The notes beneath the pieces were generated by a model. That model saw only the letters and a program-made list of their open reading frames with translations. It ran no database searches and had not been told where the DNA came from. The position numbers and the translations under genes were made by a program. A DNA stretch of 64,000 nucleotides from Bigelowiella natans CCMP2755 (taxonomy: Eukaryota > Protista > Cercozoa), in the NCBI GenBank assembly GCA_000320545.1, contig ADNK01000008.1:20356-84355 (forward strand). The letters run 5' to 3'. Shown here in pieces: positions 13,546-27,746 of the stretch (position 1 is the first letter of the stretch; each line of letters opens with the position of its first letter).

Positions 13546-15106
13546 TCTTAAAAGATAACATGCAACGACGTGTTTGGGCATTTTTAGCTTGCCTCCATTT
13601 CCGGTGTTGATGCTTTGTCATCCGAATTTTCCGTATCATCTTTCAAATATCTCTTTCCCTGACTTTTATATCTTACCATCACTGATCTCCCCCCCCTCCT
13701 TTTAGGCTCTCGCATTTCTGGGAAAGAGGCTAATCGTAGGGTGGGTGTCATCATCGCTATCAGGAAATAACTGCACCGGATATATATGTGTCGTGCAATA
13801 TTCACCTGGCTGAGTCAACGCAAAATAATACTGCCTCCCCCCCTGCCTTCAAATATGCATTCATCCCAACCCGAATATTGTATTAAGGAATTAAGGGTGG
13901 GAATGTCTTTGTTCTTAACAGGTCTGAAGACTATGAGATACGCGTCTTTGAAGGAGAGGATGTATGACATCCACGCACACTTTCGTTGCAGCAAACATTA
14001 TCATAATAGCCATAGGAGTCAAATGAATTCGATGAATTATATATGTGGGCGGTGTTAACTCGGCCGAAATCATTAAGCGGGGGAGCAACCTTCGTGCTGT
14101 TTCTCGAGACATTGGTGCTTTCAGCTGGTCTTTCACGATCTACTGCCCAGTGTCCTTCTTTTTATGAAGCTTATTTCGCTATTTGTTTCTCTTCTCTTCA
14201 CTCGTCATCAATCTTCATAATGACACATCCAGGTCGTTATGGAAGCTACGGAAAGCGATGTTGTAGTATCTCTCACCCCAATCGGGGTAAGAACAAAAAA
14301 TCCCTGCTCCCCCCCTCCCCTCTGCAGCAGCTTACGTGATCCTCTCACATGCAACACAGAAGGAAAATTTTGCCTTTGGTCTGGCCAACGGCACTATTGG
14401 GGTAATAATACATGCAGCACGTGCGCATGTGTGTCTTGAATGACCTCTTGTATCGCTGCAGACGAATAAAGTTATGATGAAAAAGTGAAATCGTGATGTT
14501 AAAGCCATACGAAACCTTGCATGAGAGAGATATATGAGAGAGGGGGGGGGGGGAACATGTTTTGGTGGAAAGAAGCTTTCATGTGAGCATGAAACTAATA
14601 TTCGATGATGGCAGGTTTATGGCGGCGAGAAGAAGCTATGGACGCGACGTTATAAGTAAGAGAGGAGGCAGCACGGGGAAAGAGGGGGGGAGGGTTATTC
14701 TACTTACAGCTCTCTCCCAACAACTGAATATAACATATGTATATTATATATAATTTCTATCATATATATATATTATATATATATATTATATATATACTAT
14801 TGTATTATTTGGAGAATCTATGCGGCGTGTGTCTGTCCTTCCTCATTCGTTCCCTTTAGATAGTTCTTCCGACGAAAGAGTGAGAGAGCTCAAGAAAGAT
14901 GTATTCCTAGACAACCCGCTTGCAACGGATGATTGATGCTGTTGGTCCACCTCCTCCCTCCCCCCCCCCCTCCTCCTCCTTTATACGTGTGGGGTTATGA
15001 TCCTGATAATAGACATGATGTGCGCGACATGGCTATATTTGACTTGGACGACGATGGAGAGGCGGAACTGATCACAGGGGTGATGATCGTGCTTACTTGC
15101 CAACCA

Positions 15107-15141
<35 letters not shown>

Positions 15142-15298
15142 CAGTACAAGTTGTAGTAGTAGTAGTGGTAGTAGTATCGAATGATTTGCGCTTATTCCCT
15201 ACACTGACAACTGTCAGGCTATAGTCATATCACTGTAGCAAAACAATAATTGACGGGGCTATCACGGAGATTCCCCAAATATCTTTGTGTTAGGACGT

Positions 15299-15341
<43 letters not shown>

Positions 15342-16337
15342 TTCGGGGAGTCGTTTCCCATGCACGATAAAGAGTTCATCGTGGATCATTACACGTCTTT
15401 TACTTTATTACCATTTTTCTGTCTTCTTCATCTTCTTCTTCTTCTTCTTCTTCTTCTTCTTCTTCTCTAGTGGTCAAATGGCCGATTGGATGTGCGCAAA
15501 CGAGAGACGGGGCAAGAAATCTTCAAGGTCGTTTGCGCAACTGCGTCATCAGCCCCTTGTGATGTTGGCTGTACTCCGGATGATGATGATGACGACGACA
15601 AACGTCATTATCGATGGTCTATCGTTCAACGTCAAGTCTTACGAATTCCACGAATAACCCCCTTCTCTTCCCCCTACCGCCTCACAGCTACTGTTATAAT
15701 GCCACTAAAAAAAAAAGACTACTGCAATTGCTACTTCCGCGCTCTTTGCTAATAGAATTGTGTGTTGTTCTTATTATTATTATTCAATGCTTTCTTCTTA
15801 GGAACGGCTGTCCGCCCCCATCAGTGGCTTGTGCATTTCGGATTACCGCATGCAAGGGAGCGAGGAGATCATCGTTGCAACTGCGAACGGCGACATTAGA
15901 GGCTATGGGTACTACTGCTCATACGACTACTACTACTACCACCAATAGCCTTTGTGTGGACCTCCTCCTGTTTCATCTTGGAATGGATTTTTATAATGAG
16001 GAGAAGCGTATATGACACACACACACACGCACGCATGCACGCACGCACACGGACGATGCGTGAGCCCTTTTGTACGCTACAACAGGTGCGCGAGCTCCGA
16101 TGAAGCCAAGGAGGAAATCGAAACCAAGGTAGTAGTAGTACTAGCACTAGTACTAGTAATAGAAAATCATACCTATCATCAGAATGAAGACTGAAAACAC
16201 AGATGTTTTTTAACCCCCCCCCCCCCCCCCTCACGGGCAACGAACACGGTCGTATCACTGGAGAGAACACGCGTGTTTTTTGCTCGGATTTATTTCATTT
16301 TTGATATTTTGGCTTTTTGACTTCTTCTTCCTCCCGA

Positions 16338-16377
<40 letters not shown>

Positions 16378-16910
16378 CTATTATCTTTTAGGTGGACAAC
16401 ATGCGGCTGGAGGCCTTAAAAACACAGAAAATGGCCCTGTTGCTCGAGAAGCGAAGGTGATCTTATCCCAATTTAGTTAATATGTGCATGTTAGCAGCTT
16501 TACCATTCTGAACAACCCTTGCATACTCAAGCTACGAGAACAACTTGAAGGCAGTCAAGGCAAAAACGAGAGATGCAGGTGGTGCTGTCCATATAATCGG
16601 AAATAAATGCGTGCGTGTACACAAAAAAGCATTCTCTAACTTACATTTCATCAAACATCAGGGTTGGTACCTCAAGAAACGAAGTTAAAGCAGGTAGAAA
16701 CCATTATTCGTCGTCGTCGTCATCATCATCATCATCATCACATCTTCTACTAAGAGGCTAAGTATTTTATTCTTGTATGCAGAACCTCCAACCGAACGTG
16801 ACTGAGAATTGCATGGAGGTCCTGTGTGCATTGAATGTTCCATATCTACTGTTATATGATGACTGGGTGCATAGATATAATGGATCATGCGACTCAGTGG
16901 AATTTATATA

Positions 16911-16942
<32 letters not shown>

Positions 16943-17087
16943 CTGCGAGTGTGAATGTGTTGTGAGTGTGTGCGTGTGTGTGTGTGTGGAAAAAGGTCCT
17001 GTTCGAGAGCACAGAAGGCACCGTCATCAAGATGCTGGTGAATGAATGAATGCACGCATTTGAATCTTGAACGTGAATTACAACAAA

Positions 17088-17122
<35 letters not shown>

Positions 17123-17906
17123 ATTTGAACACATTGTTGATAATTGAGGACGTATCGACGAGTGATGGGACCATTGAATAGCGTAAACATCCTCGTAATG
17201 ATCGATCTCTCATCATCGGCACCGCATGCTTGTGTCGTCGTCGTGTTTGACATATTCAGATCTGCGAGTCGCAGTCTCTGTTTCCTACTGGGACGAAAGT
17301 GTTCAAAAAGGTGCGTCTTTTTCTGTCGCTCATACGAGATGTACTCTTTCCAAACGGACTACTCTCACGGGCAAGGAATTCTTCTGAGCCTTTGTGTACT
17401 TGCCTGTCGGTGCAAAGATGAAGTGCGGGACAAATAATATAATATGTGCTGCTGCTGCTGCTGCTGCTGTTGTGATACAGAATAAGCCGACAGCAACCCT
17501 CTCAGTACCCATCCAGAAGGATCAACTAGGTGATATTAATTACTAATTGCACCCCCCCCCCCTTCCTTCCACCGTTTCAATGTCGTCAATTGTCATTACC
17601 ACATGTTAATCATGCCCGTGCGTGCGCGCGCGCGCGCGTTTTTGCATGTGATTCGCGACGTTCAAGCGTTGAGCATCATTGTTGGCGTTGTTGTTCGTTT
17701 CGTATCAGGCGCAGGCTGCACGTTTAATGTGAAAGCAGTTGTTGGCCATTTATCGTCTTATCAGGTTATCATATATCCTCCTCTGCCCTTGCTACTGCCG
17801 CTGCTGCTGCTGCTGTCGCCGTGACTAACAAATAAAGATGTATGAATATGGCATCATATCCTTGCAGATCTCCACTCCCTCTGTGATAACAATGTGCGCA
17901 TGTTGT

Positions 17907-17964
<58 letters not shown>

Positions 17965-18259
17965 CAGGACCACATATTTGAGAGCACTTGCGAGATCCCG
18001 CATTTTTGCGGCTTCATCCATAGACAAAGCCATGGCGACCTCAAGGTTGGTGGAGGGGGAAAAAGACATCTGGAAATTGTGTTCTTACAAATGCATGCAG
18101 CATTGTTGCTCATCACATGGTTATCCCCGGAGTAAGTGCTGACTCCCTCCCCCCAATCCCTCTTCATTCATGTGCACATAATGCCACCACAGATGCCAGA
18201 GTCCTGTGTCACCTTCGAGATGAACGAGAGAGTGAAGTCGCTTGAGACGTGGATAAGTA

Positions 18260-18300
<41 letters not shown>

Positions 18301-18630
18301 ACACCATCGGATAGGAAAGGGAGAAAATATATCGAATCTGAGCCAGGGGGGGGGAGGGGAAAGAGAGCCTTGACTGTTTTTGTTACCTGCACAAATATTG
18401 TTTCATGTAAAAACCCCCACTGAATGCTGGGTCGATGAAATGCAGATAAGAAATTTGGAATGAGCTATGAAGGACGGGGAGGTAATGATAGCATGACGGC
18501 ATACAGCGCAAAACAACAAATCCCGTGCTAGTTATGGAGGCCATCATTTCGCTTTTCTCTCTGGAACGCACATGAATATATGTATATATGTTTATATTCC
18601 AAGCTTATAGTTGCATAGATATACAAATAT

Positions 18631-18671
<41 letters not shown>

Positions 18672-18687
18672 CCTTGAAATCCTTTTG

Positions 18688-18729
<42 letters not shown>

Positions 18730-19141
18730 GATACAGGAGGAAGACTGGAGATGTGGTTTAAGTCTATCTATAATGATGATACTCTCTGTATCTTCTTCCA
18801 AGAGGTAAGTAGTTAGGTAGTAGTAGTAGTAGTAGAAGAAAAAATATATAATCTAGCGACTCTTTCTTCCTTGTCAAAACGCGCGCGCGTGTGTGTACGT
18901 GTACGTGTGTGTGAGTGTGTATGATCTCTTCAATGCCTGTCTTCTTCAGGGTGATAACGATTCCAGAAGCAGCGTGAAGCTTGCTTGCAAAGATATGCAG
19001 ACGGTACATGCGTGGGGATGGGTGTTATTGTTGTTGCAATAAGTGTTTCTATAGCTTTTGTGCTGATGGTGATGACCCTGCGTTGATGTCATACCAAAAT
19101 GTGTGTCATCCATGTGCACTAAAGCCTCATACGATGTATGC

Positions 19142-19183
<42 letters not shown>

Positions 19184-19206
19184 GACTCGAAGAAGCATGA
19201 AAATTG

Positions 19207-19258
<52 letters not shown>

Positions 19259-19453
19259 TTTGTGTGTGTGTTGTGCATCTAGTTGGGAGATATGATCCAG
19301 GAACTAGCCGATGCGTTTTCTCTGAAAGATTTAAAGTACTAAAACATAAGATATCGATTGCATATATTCACGTGGACAAGTATCTTCGCGCGAATCATCA
19401 TAAACACTCTTTCGATGAGCTAGTTCAGTTTTCATATGTATTTGTGTGTGTTT

Positions 19454-19485
<32 letters not shown>

Positions 19486-19925
19486 ATTCGATCTTTTCCA
19501 GATCGATCGCGAGTTTCCCAGAGGAAATGAAAGCATTCAAGCAGACGATTCAAGTGGTACGTTCGTCAACCTAGCGCAGAATCAACAATGCAGCGACACT
19601 CAAACAGCCCAACTTGCCAGCTAGCAACTGCCTTCCGCCTTCACACGAAATTAGCGGAAAAGAAACATAACACACAAAATGAAGATCAAATGTTATGCCT
19701 CGCTGCCTGCGAGTGTTGCCATTCGATGCCATAGCATGCGCTTTCTCAAGAAGAGAGTATGGCGTGTCTTTGATGAACGTGCAAGCCACAAGAGTCTTCT
19801 GCTCATGGATAACGTTTGGTGTTTGGAAGGTGGAGGAGTGTGATCGCACGCGTCTTAAATTACAAGCGGACATTGCAGAGAATGTAAATCTCGTCAAGCA
19901 ACTCGTCGTCAAGGTAGTTTATATT

Positions 19926-19968
<43 letters not shown>

Positions 19969-21552
19969 CTACTTGCACGCACGACGGGTATGGATTGCAG
20001 ACATATACGGAAAACTGCACCTCGAATAAGATTCCCAATGACCTTCACCCTCCTCCCCGCCTATTCTAGGCCGAGGATGTCCGACTGGTTGGCAACATGG
20101 AGCACATGAAGCGCATCTACGCTCAATTATACGAGCTTAATCTCGAGCTCATCGGCGAGTACAAGAAGAGAGCCAGAAACCACGCTGAGTTGGTACGCTT
20201 TCACATTCTTCTGGCGACGTGTTTCATTTCTTATCTCCCGTCTTTGCATTTTCGACCAAAGGTGAGGAACCTCAAGACCGTGAATAGTATGATTCAAAAA
20301 GCGGCGCGACTTCGGACCGGAAGGTGACTCCAGATATGTCTATTTGTGTTAGTGCGTGTGTGTGTGTGTGTGTGTATGCGCGTCTGTGTGTGTGATATAC
20401 GTCTCAAATCGTATGATGTGGCTTTCATGATACGTTTGTATGTTGCATGCATGCCTCCGTTCGATCAGGTATAAGACCCAAGTGGTGCAAGAGTGTCGTA
20501 AGGCTATCAAATCGAACAACATCCATGCTCTCGTTGACATCTTCCGCTCGGGGCAAGCAAGCAATTAGATGGCACTGCATTTCAAGGGCATTACATGTAG
20601 CTTGGATCATGTGGTTCACTGCCAATGTAGGTCATCTTAATGAGAATTCAGTCAACAGCTTTAGGAGGCATTTTCAATACTAGCAATGGAAACATGGCCA
20701 CCTGCATTGAAGCGTATGTAGTTCTGTCCGGTCTGGATGCTTGCTTGCACATGCATTCCCTGCTGAGCAGCAGTGCTCAGACCACGCTGCCACGCACGTT
20801 TGACTTTATCATTCGGCGATGAGCGACACATGCATGTTGTTTCAAGTGCAACAAAGATGCACACAACACACCCCAGTATGCCTCAGAAAATGAGCAATCT
20901 ATGCTAATAACGCCTGCAGCGTCTGTCAAACTAAGTCTAAAAGATTTAAGGAAATTGTAGTACAGCTTCATTCAACGCAGGCTCCGCAATGAAAAGGAAA
21001 AACTAGCTGCGTTAAAGCCAGCTAGCACATTGATCGTATCGCCGCTCACATGCAGCCAGATGAGACATTCAAAACATATTTAAGCGCAAAGCAGTGGGTA
21101 TAATCATCGCTGCTAGATCTACCTCCTGTCCACTATAATAGTTTTAAGATCGATCGATCACGAGCAAATGAGCGTGCATGGCCAAGAAATGTGGTAGACG
21201 ACTGAGCAGGCGCCACACAATGCTAACAAGATGACGACCGATGGATCGGAATGTTCGGCGAGGGAACAAGAGGAGATAGACGTACATACTGAAGTACTGC
21301 ATATTAGCTGTGGGATTGGAAACGCGTATCATACACCGCCGGCTATGCGACATTTGCTAGCTACACCAACACATGTATATCATGTAGACGACGTTCCAGG
21401 TCAGGCTCACTAAAATAATTTGCTTCAGCTCTGCATGAAAGCTTTAATTTCTTCGCTGTTTCCCGTGTAGGTCCCAGGTGGTGGTGCTGGTAGTGGTGGC
21501 GCTTGCTGCTCATAGCCTGCTTCACCGACTCGAGCGTCCATTTCTACAAATG

Positions 21553-21597
<45 letters not shown>

Positions 21598-21969
21598 TAA
21601 GCATCTGCGAATGAGCTCGAAAACTTTATTCGTGATCTTCAAATACTGCTGTTGCTGCTGCTGCTGCTTACGCTGCATCGCCTCGCATAATAACCAAACC
21701 TGAATTATCCTTGACGACCGTGAAGTTAAATTGCGCAAGGGACGCTTGGTTTGGATCCCAGCTTCCCCAATTTCCACGCTGCTGGAAGCGTCCCGACACA
21801 TTGCGTCCATATCTCTCAGCTGCTCTGCTGCTATCGGTGCGAGTCACCGCGAGGCGCTTTTGGGCATCTGACGACGTTGCACGCATTGGTGTCAGTCAGT
21901 TGGTGGCTACCATCCTTTCCGTCTTGCCGTTACTTCTTCCTTGTCCCCCTCCCCCCCTTCCTCTCTGTT

Positions 21970-22007
<38 letters not shown>

Positions 22008-22474
22008 CTACCTTTGAATAAAGCGCCATCCACGCTCTCACCCACAACTCCAAGTTTCTTCCTCACAGTCGTCCACAGGAATTCGTCCGCAGTCCCTACG
22101 GATCAAGACAAAAAGAAGAGGAAATAGAAGAAGAAGATATTGTCAAGTTCTTGGTAAATAGGACGACGAGGAGGAGGAGAATAATGGCGACGACATCACC
22201 AATGCTGACCCTCTCCTCAACCCTTTGCCCCCCTCCCCCCCCCCCTATCTACAATTGACAACCTGGAGCAAGCAAGTAATGGATTTCCACCGGAAAGCGT
22301 TGCCCGACACGATGAGCGCGATCTTCGGCCTAGGATGATGGATGGATATCATTAGTAGTAATCACAAGGAGGAGGAGGTGGTGGAGGAGGAGGAGGCAAG
22401 GTTGTGATCAAAGCCAGATATATGCCCGCTGTATCATCTTCACTTGGTTTCCTGCACCAAAATGCTGCACACAG

Positions 22475-22525
<51 letters not shown>

Positions 22526-23266
22526 AGAGAGAGAGAGAGAGTGAGAGAGAGAGAGACCTGTATAAGATCTCCAGGAGTCCATGTAAGCTCTGCAAATGCG
22601 ACGTGTCTGGCAGCTGTTAGAGTTATGCCGACTCCGCCAGCAAGCACAGACAGCAGCGCAACACGCACCTTCATTTACAAAACCATCATCATCATCATCA
22701 TCATCATCACCACCATCGAATTGTGAGTCACTTAGGGTTATAGGATAAAAATCAAAGTAAATTGTCGTAACTCCGTGCATTTGACAACACATCTTAGACG
22801 ACAACACTGGATCCGACCGAGGGGTATTTATTCATTTGCCCCGCAAAGCAACCATTATGAAAACAAATACATATACCGATTATTTCTACCATGCCCACGT
22901 AATCCTCTCTGTTTGCGCGCGCGCGCGTGGGTGTGCGTTGTCGTTGGAATGTTGGTAGTTTTCGTGTTTGTTTTGCATCGTTGGCGCACAAAGTAGTAGC
23001 ACCTACCTTATCACTGGTTTGGAACAGATTCACCCTCTTCGCTCGCTCTTGGCTGCTTGTCGTCCCGTCGATTCTTATATACGATATGTTCTTGCACAGC
23101 TCTTCCTCAAGGCCGTCGAGGACCTTACCATATCAGACATAATAGCACCGACATTTGAGTCCCCGCTCAAAATTAAGAATGATCAGTATGACATTCGAAT
23201 GAAGGCTGATATGTAATCAGGACTGAGAAAGACTGCCGACAAGTTATTTTCATTACTCGCTCTCAC

Positions 23267-23364
<98 letters not shown>

Positions 23365-23591
23365 GCACTCTCCTACCTCCTTATGATGTGCAAAAATCAA
23401 GAGCTTTCCATTTGACTGTTCCGAAGCTGTTTGGACGAGAGGCATGAGCTTGCTGATCATGCCAGGAAGCTTTGCTGGTCCTGTCGCTCGATAGATTGCG
23501 CTGTAGAATGATGGAATTTATATTATTACAAATCATCATATGTATTCACTTAATTTGACATATGCTCGCGCGCACGCGCACACGCACTCCT

Positions 23592-23627
<36 letters not shown>

Positions 23628-24523
23628 ACGCACACGCACTCCTACACACACACACACACACACACAAAGGCATTCTTTCTCAGTTTATTTGTTTTTGAGG
23701 AAAAAGACAGTGACCACCCCCTCTTTCAAACTCACCTTATGAGCGAGTCCTTGAGCTGCGACATCTTCGCAGATTTTGGCAGGTCCTCGAGCTCCGCCAT
23801 TAAAGCTTCAACAGGTGCCCTGAAGGCACACGGTCAAATCACCACCCAATCGTGTACATTGCAATGTTGCTTTCCACAAAAAACATCTTCAACAACAGAA
23901 TCGAACACCACACATTATTTTCTGCCCTAGAAGGACTGCTTGGCGACATCATTATCGTTGGAGATGTCGCTCATTTAGTGCGCATTACTGTACGGTTGTT
24001 GTTGTTGATGATGATGTTCTCTTTATGTTCTCTTTTCCCACCTTTGAGCAGCTGTCAGCTGTACCGTAATGACCTTACGAATCTGTCGAATACAGCGGTG
24101 GGGCATGATTCAACAAATATTATCTATTACTCACAAAGATAATAATTTGTAGTATTATCGGCATCCTCTTAATCCACAAATATATAAATGATAATGATAC
24201 CCCCTACCCCCCCCCCCCCCCGACCTTAGGTGGAAGGTCCTTCAGAACGTCCTTCTTCAAGCGTCGAATTAAGAGATTCTTCTTTAAGACTGTATGGAGC
24301 TCTCTGTGATCATATTCAGCAAATAGCGGAATTTCTCTCATGTCTCCCCCCCCCAACCAAAAAATGTAAATACGATCGAAAATCTAAACACGAAACACAC
24401 GATGTGGTGGTGGTAGTGGTGACTGCGCTATTCGTGATTTTGGAACTATTGAGCAGCTGTGTGGAGAACAAAGGTGTCCGGCTTCACGATGTTCCAAACT
24501 AACACTGCTATCTGCTGCTACTG

Positions 24524-24556
<33 letters not shown>

Positions 24557-24768
24557 GCTATTGATGTCATGATAAAAGTGGGTGATTGGCGGACTTTTCG
24601 AATGAGCTGCCTCGATACGCTAATTGCTGCTGCCACTTCGGTTTCCTGCGTCCATTAAGGGTGGTGCTGCTGTCTTGATGATTCCGTCGTTGGTCTTTTG
24701 GATCACGACAATACCTCTCCCCGAACTCCTTTGCGTTCCCGAGCAAACCTGAGTAGTAGCAGCAGTAA

Positions 24769-24800
<32 letters not shown>

Positions 24801-25381
24801 AACGTGAGATGACTTGAGGGAGTAAGTACGTCGAGAGCCATCTTTCTTCGTTGTCTCTTTCACCAGGTTCTCTCACTGACACGCGTGTATTAATTTTGGC
24901 CGTTGTTTCTCCTTCCTTCTTGTCGATCGTCATATACGTTGTGAGCATCATATACGCAGTGATTATCTAAGCGTCGATCGCAAACAAGTAGCAAACAGTC
25001 GACCCATTAATAGCCACCTGGGCGAATGGCGTCTATTTGTGGAAAGAGCTCCAGCGGTCTCGACAACGCCGGTGTTCCAGAAACAAGGATCACACGGCGG
25101 GCCTTCTTTAGGAGAGGCAGCAAGAATCGAGTCCGCTGCGTTTTGTTCAGATCAAATACCGCAAAACAACGGCGAAACCACAGTGGTGGAGAACATGTCA
25201 GTATATGCAACAGTACGCGTTCATCATCATATGACCATGGCTCAGATTGGAGGAACAGCAGCAGTTTTGTCGACTACCTGTGCTTCCAGTGTTTTGATGT
25301 GATGCGATTCGTCGCATATTATCACCTACGGGTCCACACCGCTACTGTTCAATTATGCTTCTATCGAAAACACAATTCAAG

Positions 25382-25426
<45 letters not shown>

Positions 25427-25653
25427 ACAGGCAGTAACGCTCCCCCTTCTCCGTAGAACAACCTGGTAGCGACTTCTGTGCGACATCTTCTGAGCAAGAT
25501 CGTAAGAGATGATGGTGATTTTGCGTTCGTTGACTATACGAGGTCCCATCTTCAGAATGCCCCCAAGCTCCAATATATCACTAAACAACGAGGACAAGCA
25601 TTAGTTTCTTCCTACAAACATCTCTTAACACAGAGGCACTGCTCCGGAAAAGA

Positions 25654-25684
<31 letters not shown>

Positions 25685-26200
25685 GATTGTAGCGAAAACC
25701 GAGAACTTGCACAGTTAAATGAATGTGATATTATGAAAAGGTCCAAGTAGCTAATAGTGAGGGAGTAGGGCACGGTATCTTGTCACATTTGGACAACAAA
25801 GAACTCAACGAACTTCCCTCCCATTATTATCCTATACTTATTCTTCACGAAAGACGAAAACACTCTCCATCATTGTTCGGAAAAGCAAGAAGATGATTCT
25901 GTGCTTAATCCTGACTTTCCGCTATTTATGACAGTAATTCTCCCCCTCATATCTTCTGGGATCCAAGCTTCAATCTGGAATTTCCAAGTTTGGCGAACTG
26001 CAGAGGGACAAACTACGAGAAGGGGCCTTCCAGCAAACAAACGAGCAATCAACACAACAAACTACAACAGGCAGAATTCATTCTACAAGAATCTAGGCCT
26101 GAAACTATATCATTCCTATCTTCTTTCTTTCACCACTGCCACCACCACTTCTTCTACTACTACTACTACTACTACTACTACTATCATACCAATCATCATG
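6900..26200. repeat. Domain of microsatellite-filled introns: (TA)n, (CA)n, (GA)n, poly-C/G, (CAT)n, (TAG)n, (CAG)n, (GAA)n
   Basis: Dozens of tracts lie within introns of the K+ channel, BBS2 and SMARCAL1 genes, for example 8840-8900, 10247-10300, 16915-16987 and 23270-23362. Similar domains occur at ~40580-42860 and ~47150-55330. Confidence 0.9.
11937..20568 (+). CDS. BBS2: Bardet-Biedl syndrome 2 protein (BBSome subunit), many exons
   Basis: Exons: [87 protein letters not shown]. C-terminus: VKQLVVK|AEDVRLVGNMEHMKRIYAQLYELNLELIGEYKKRARNHAEL...IQKAARLRTGR|YKTQVVQECRKAIKSNN. All are characteristic of BBS2. Confidence 0.95.
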
Positions 26201-27746
26201 ATAAGCTAGAGCAATAGCTATGGCTTGAATGGTTTTCCCCAGCCCCATTTCGTCCGCCAATAGTACACGCCCCCCATGTAATAGGCCAAAGAGCACTCCC
26301 TCTGTCTGAAAGGGATAGAGCCTTTTGCGAATATCACCAGGTATTGCATCGAATCTGGCATCGGCTTCGTTTTTGAGTTTCGCTTCTCGCTTCTCCCCTT
26401 CCTTCATCGCTTTTATAGCTCTTGGGTGTATTTCCTGCAAGACAAATCTGTCTTCAAGCTCGCGAAATCTTTCCGTGAGGAGCTTGAGTCCGGGCTCCAT
26501 TCTGAAAATCCAGACAGAATCCTGCCAGGAAGTAGTAGTAGTAGGTAGGTAACAGTCGAAAACAGAGTGGACCATACTTTGACAATAAGAACACACAACA
26601 ACGAACCGCACTTGGGAAGACACTAAATTGCAATAGGAGCAAATAGAGACAATGGGAGATGAAATCAAAGGCATCAAACCTCTCGCTTCCATTCAGCTTT
26701 ACATTCAGGTGGCAGCGATCTAAAATATGTATGAATGTAATCTGTTCAATCTATCGAAGGGGGGGGGAAGACCTGTATAAGTTTACGAGCTCCTGGTTGA
26801 ATACCGACGTCGCTGAGAACCAGCCGAACGTCCAAATAGACAACATTACCCTGACCTAGGCAATTGTAAATTTCTCCCATAATAAACAATATTGATTGCT
26901 GATTACGATGTCCCTATATACCTTAGAGTTGTCGTCTTCGAGAAACTCATCATTTCCAAAAGCTTGAAATAACTGATCACCACTTTCGTGGGATGATACG
27001 TCATCGTCGCTGTATCTGCCTGATAAGATATTTATCGTCAAGAAAATCACGCACCCTGAAGAATGCGAAGTTAAAATACCATCTTGGTTTCGGACCATGT
27101 GTAACGTTCGAGCAACTTTTGCTCGTTGATTGCGACCAATCATTTCAATTGTCTGCAAATTGTCGCTTTGTTAGTGTATATTTGTTTGACTGTGAGTGGA
27201 TTTGCAACCTTAGATGGTTGAACCCTTCGCATCGGCTCTACTTTCGAGGATCTTTTATAACCACCTGTGTTCACCATCGAACTCTTATCGTCAGCCCATG
27301 CAAAATATTTGCACTGAGGCGACTCAGCGCACACATAAAACCACCGTCCCTGGTTAGGTCCAGCCTGTGTAGCAAACATTGTGAATCCAATGCTGCTAAC
27401 TTCTTTGTCTCCATCGATACCTTCTTCACTTGACGAGTGACGCTTCTTTTTTGGTGACCATAACATAAAGGAGGCTGTCCCAGGATTGGAGGTTGTTCTA
27501 TTGGCTGACGATCGAGCGAAATTTTGAGGAAATTTGATTCTCTTGCCACCGGGGAGCCAATGTGAAGAACATGCGAAAGGGAGACAACCGTTGCAACTCC
27601 AAAGAGAAAGTATCGAAGACGCATTCTTAAGAAGTACATCCTTGCTCTGGAAGCAATGTAATAATTAGATGTCATAATATCTTATTGAAAAACAGCGGTA
27701 ACCTGAAAGAGGGCATCGAGGAAGTAGAAGAGATCGATGAAGACAT
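21400..27746 (-). CDS. SMARCAL1: SMARCAL1/ZRANB3-like SNF2 annealing helicase with N-terminal GRF zinc finger and a HARP-like segment; 3' end approximate
   Basis: Helicase motifs: [37 protein letters not shown] (I), [14 protein letters not shown] (Ia), [21 protein letters not shown] (III), [11 protein letters not shown] (IV), [27 protein letters not shown] (V). N-terminal [15 protein letters not shown]|[25 protein letters not shown] is a zf-GRF. Confidence 0.85.

Noticed and set aside
6915-26217. Many ORF-track entries with poly-Q/H/Y/S, CVCV, YIYI, ERER or THTH runs
   Set aside because: They are translations of intronic microsatellites, not proteins.
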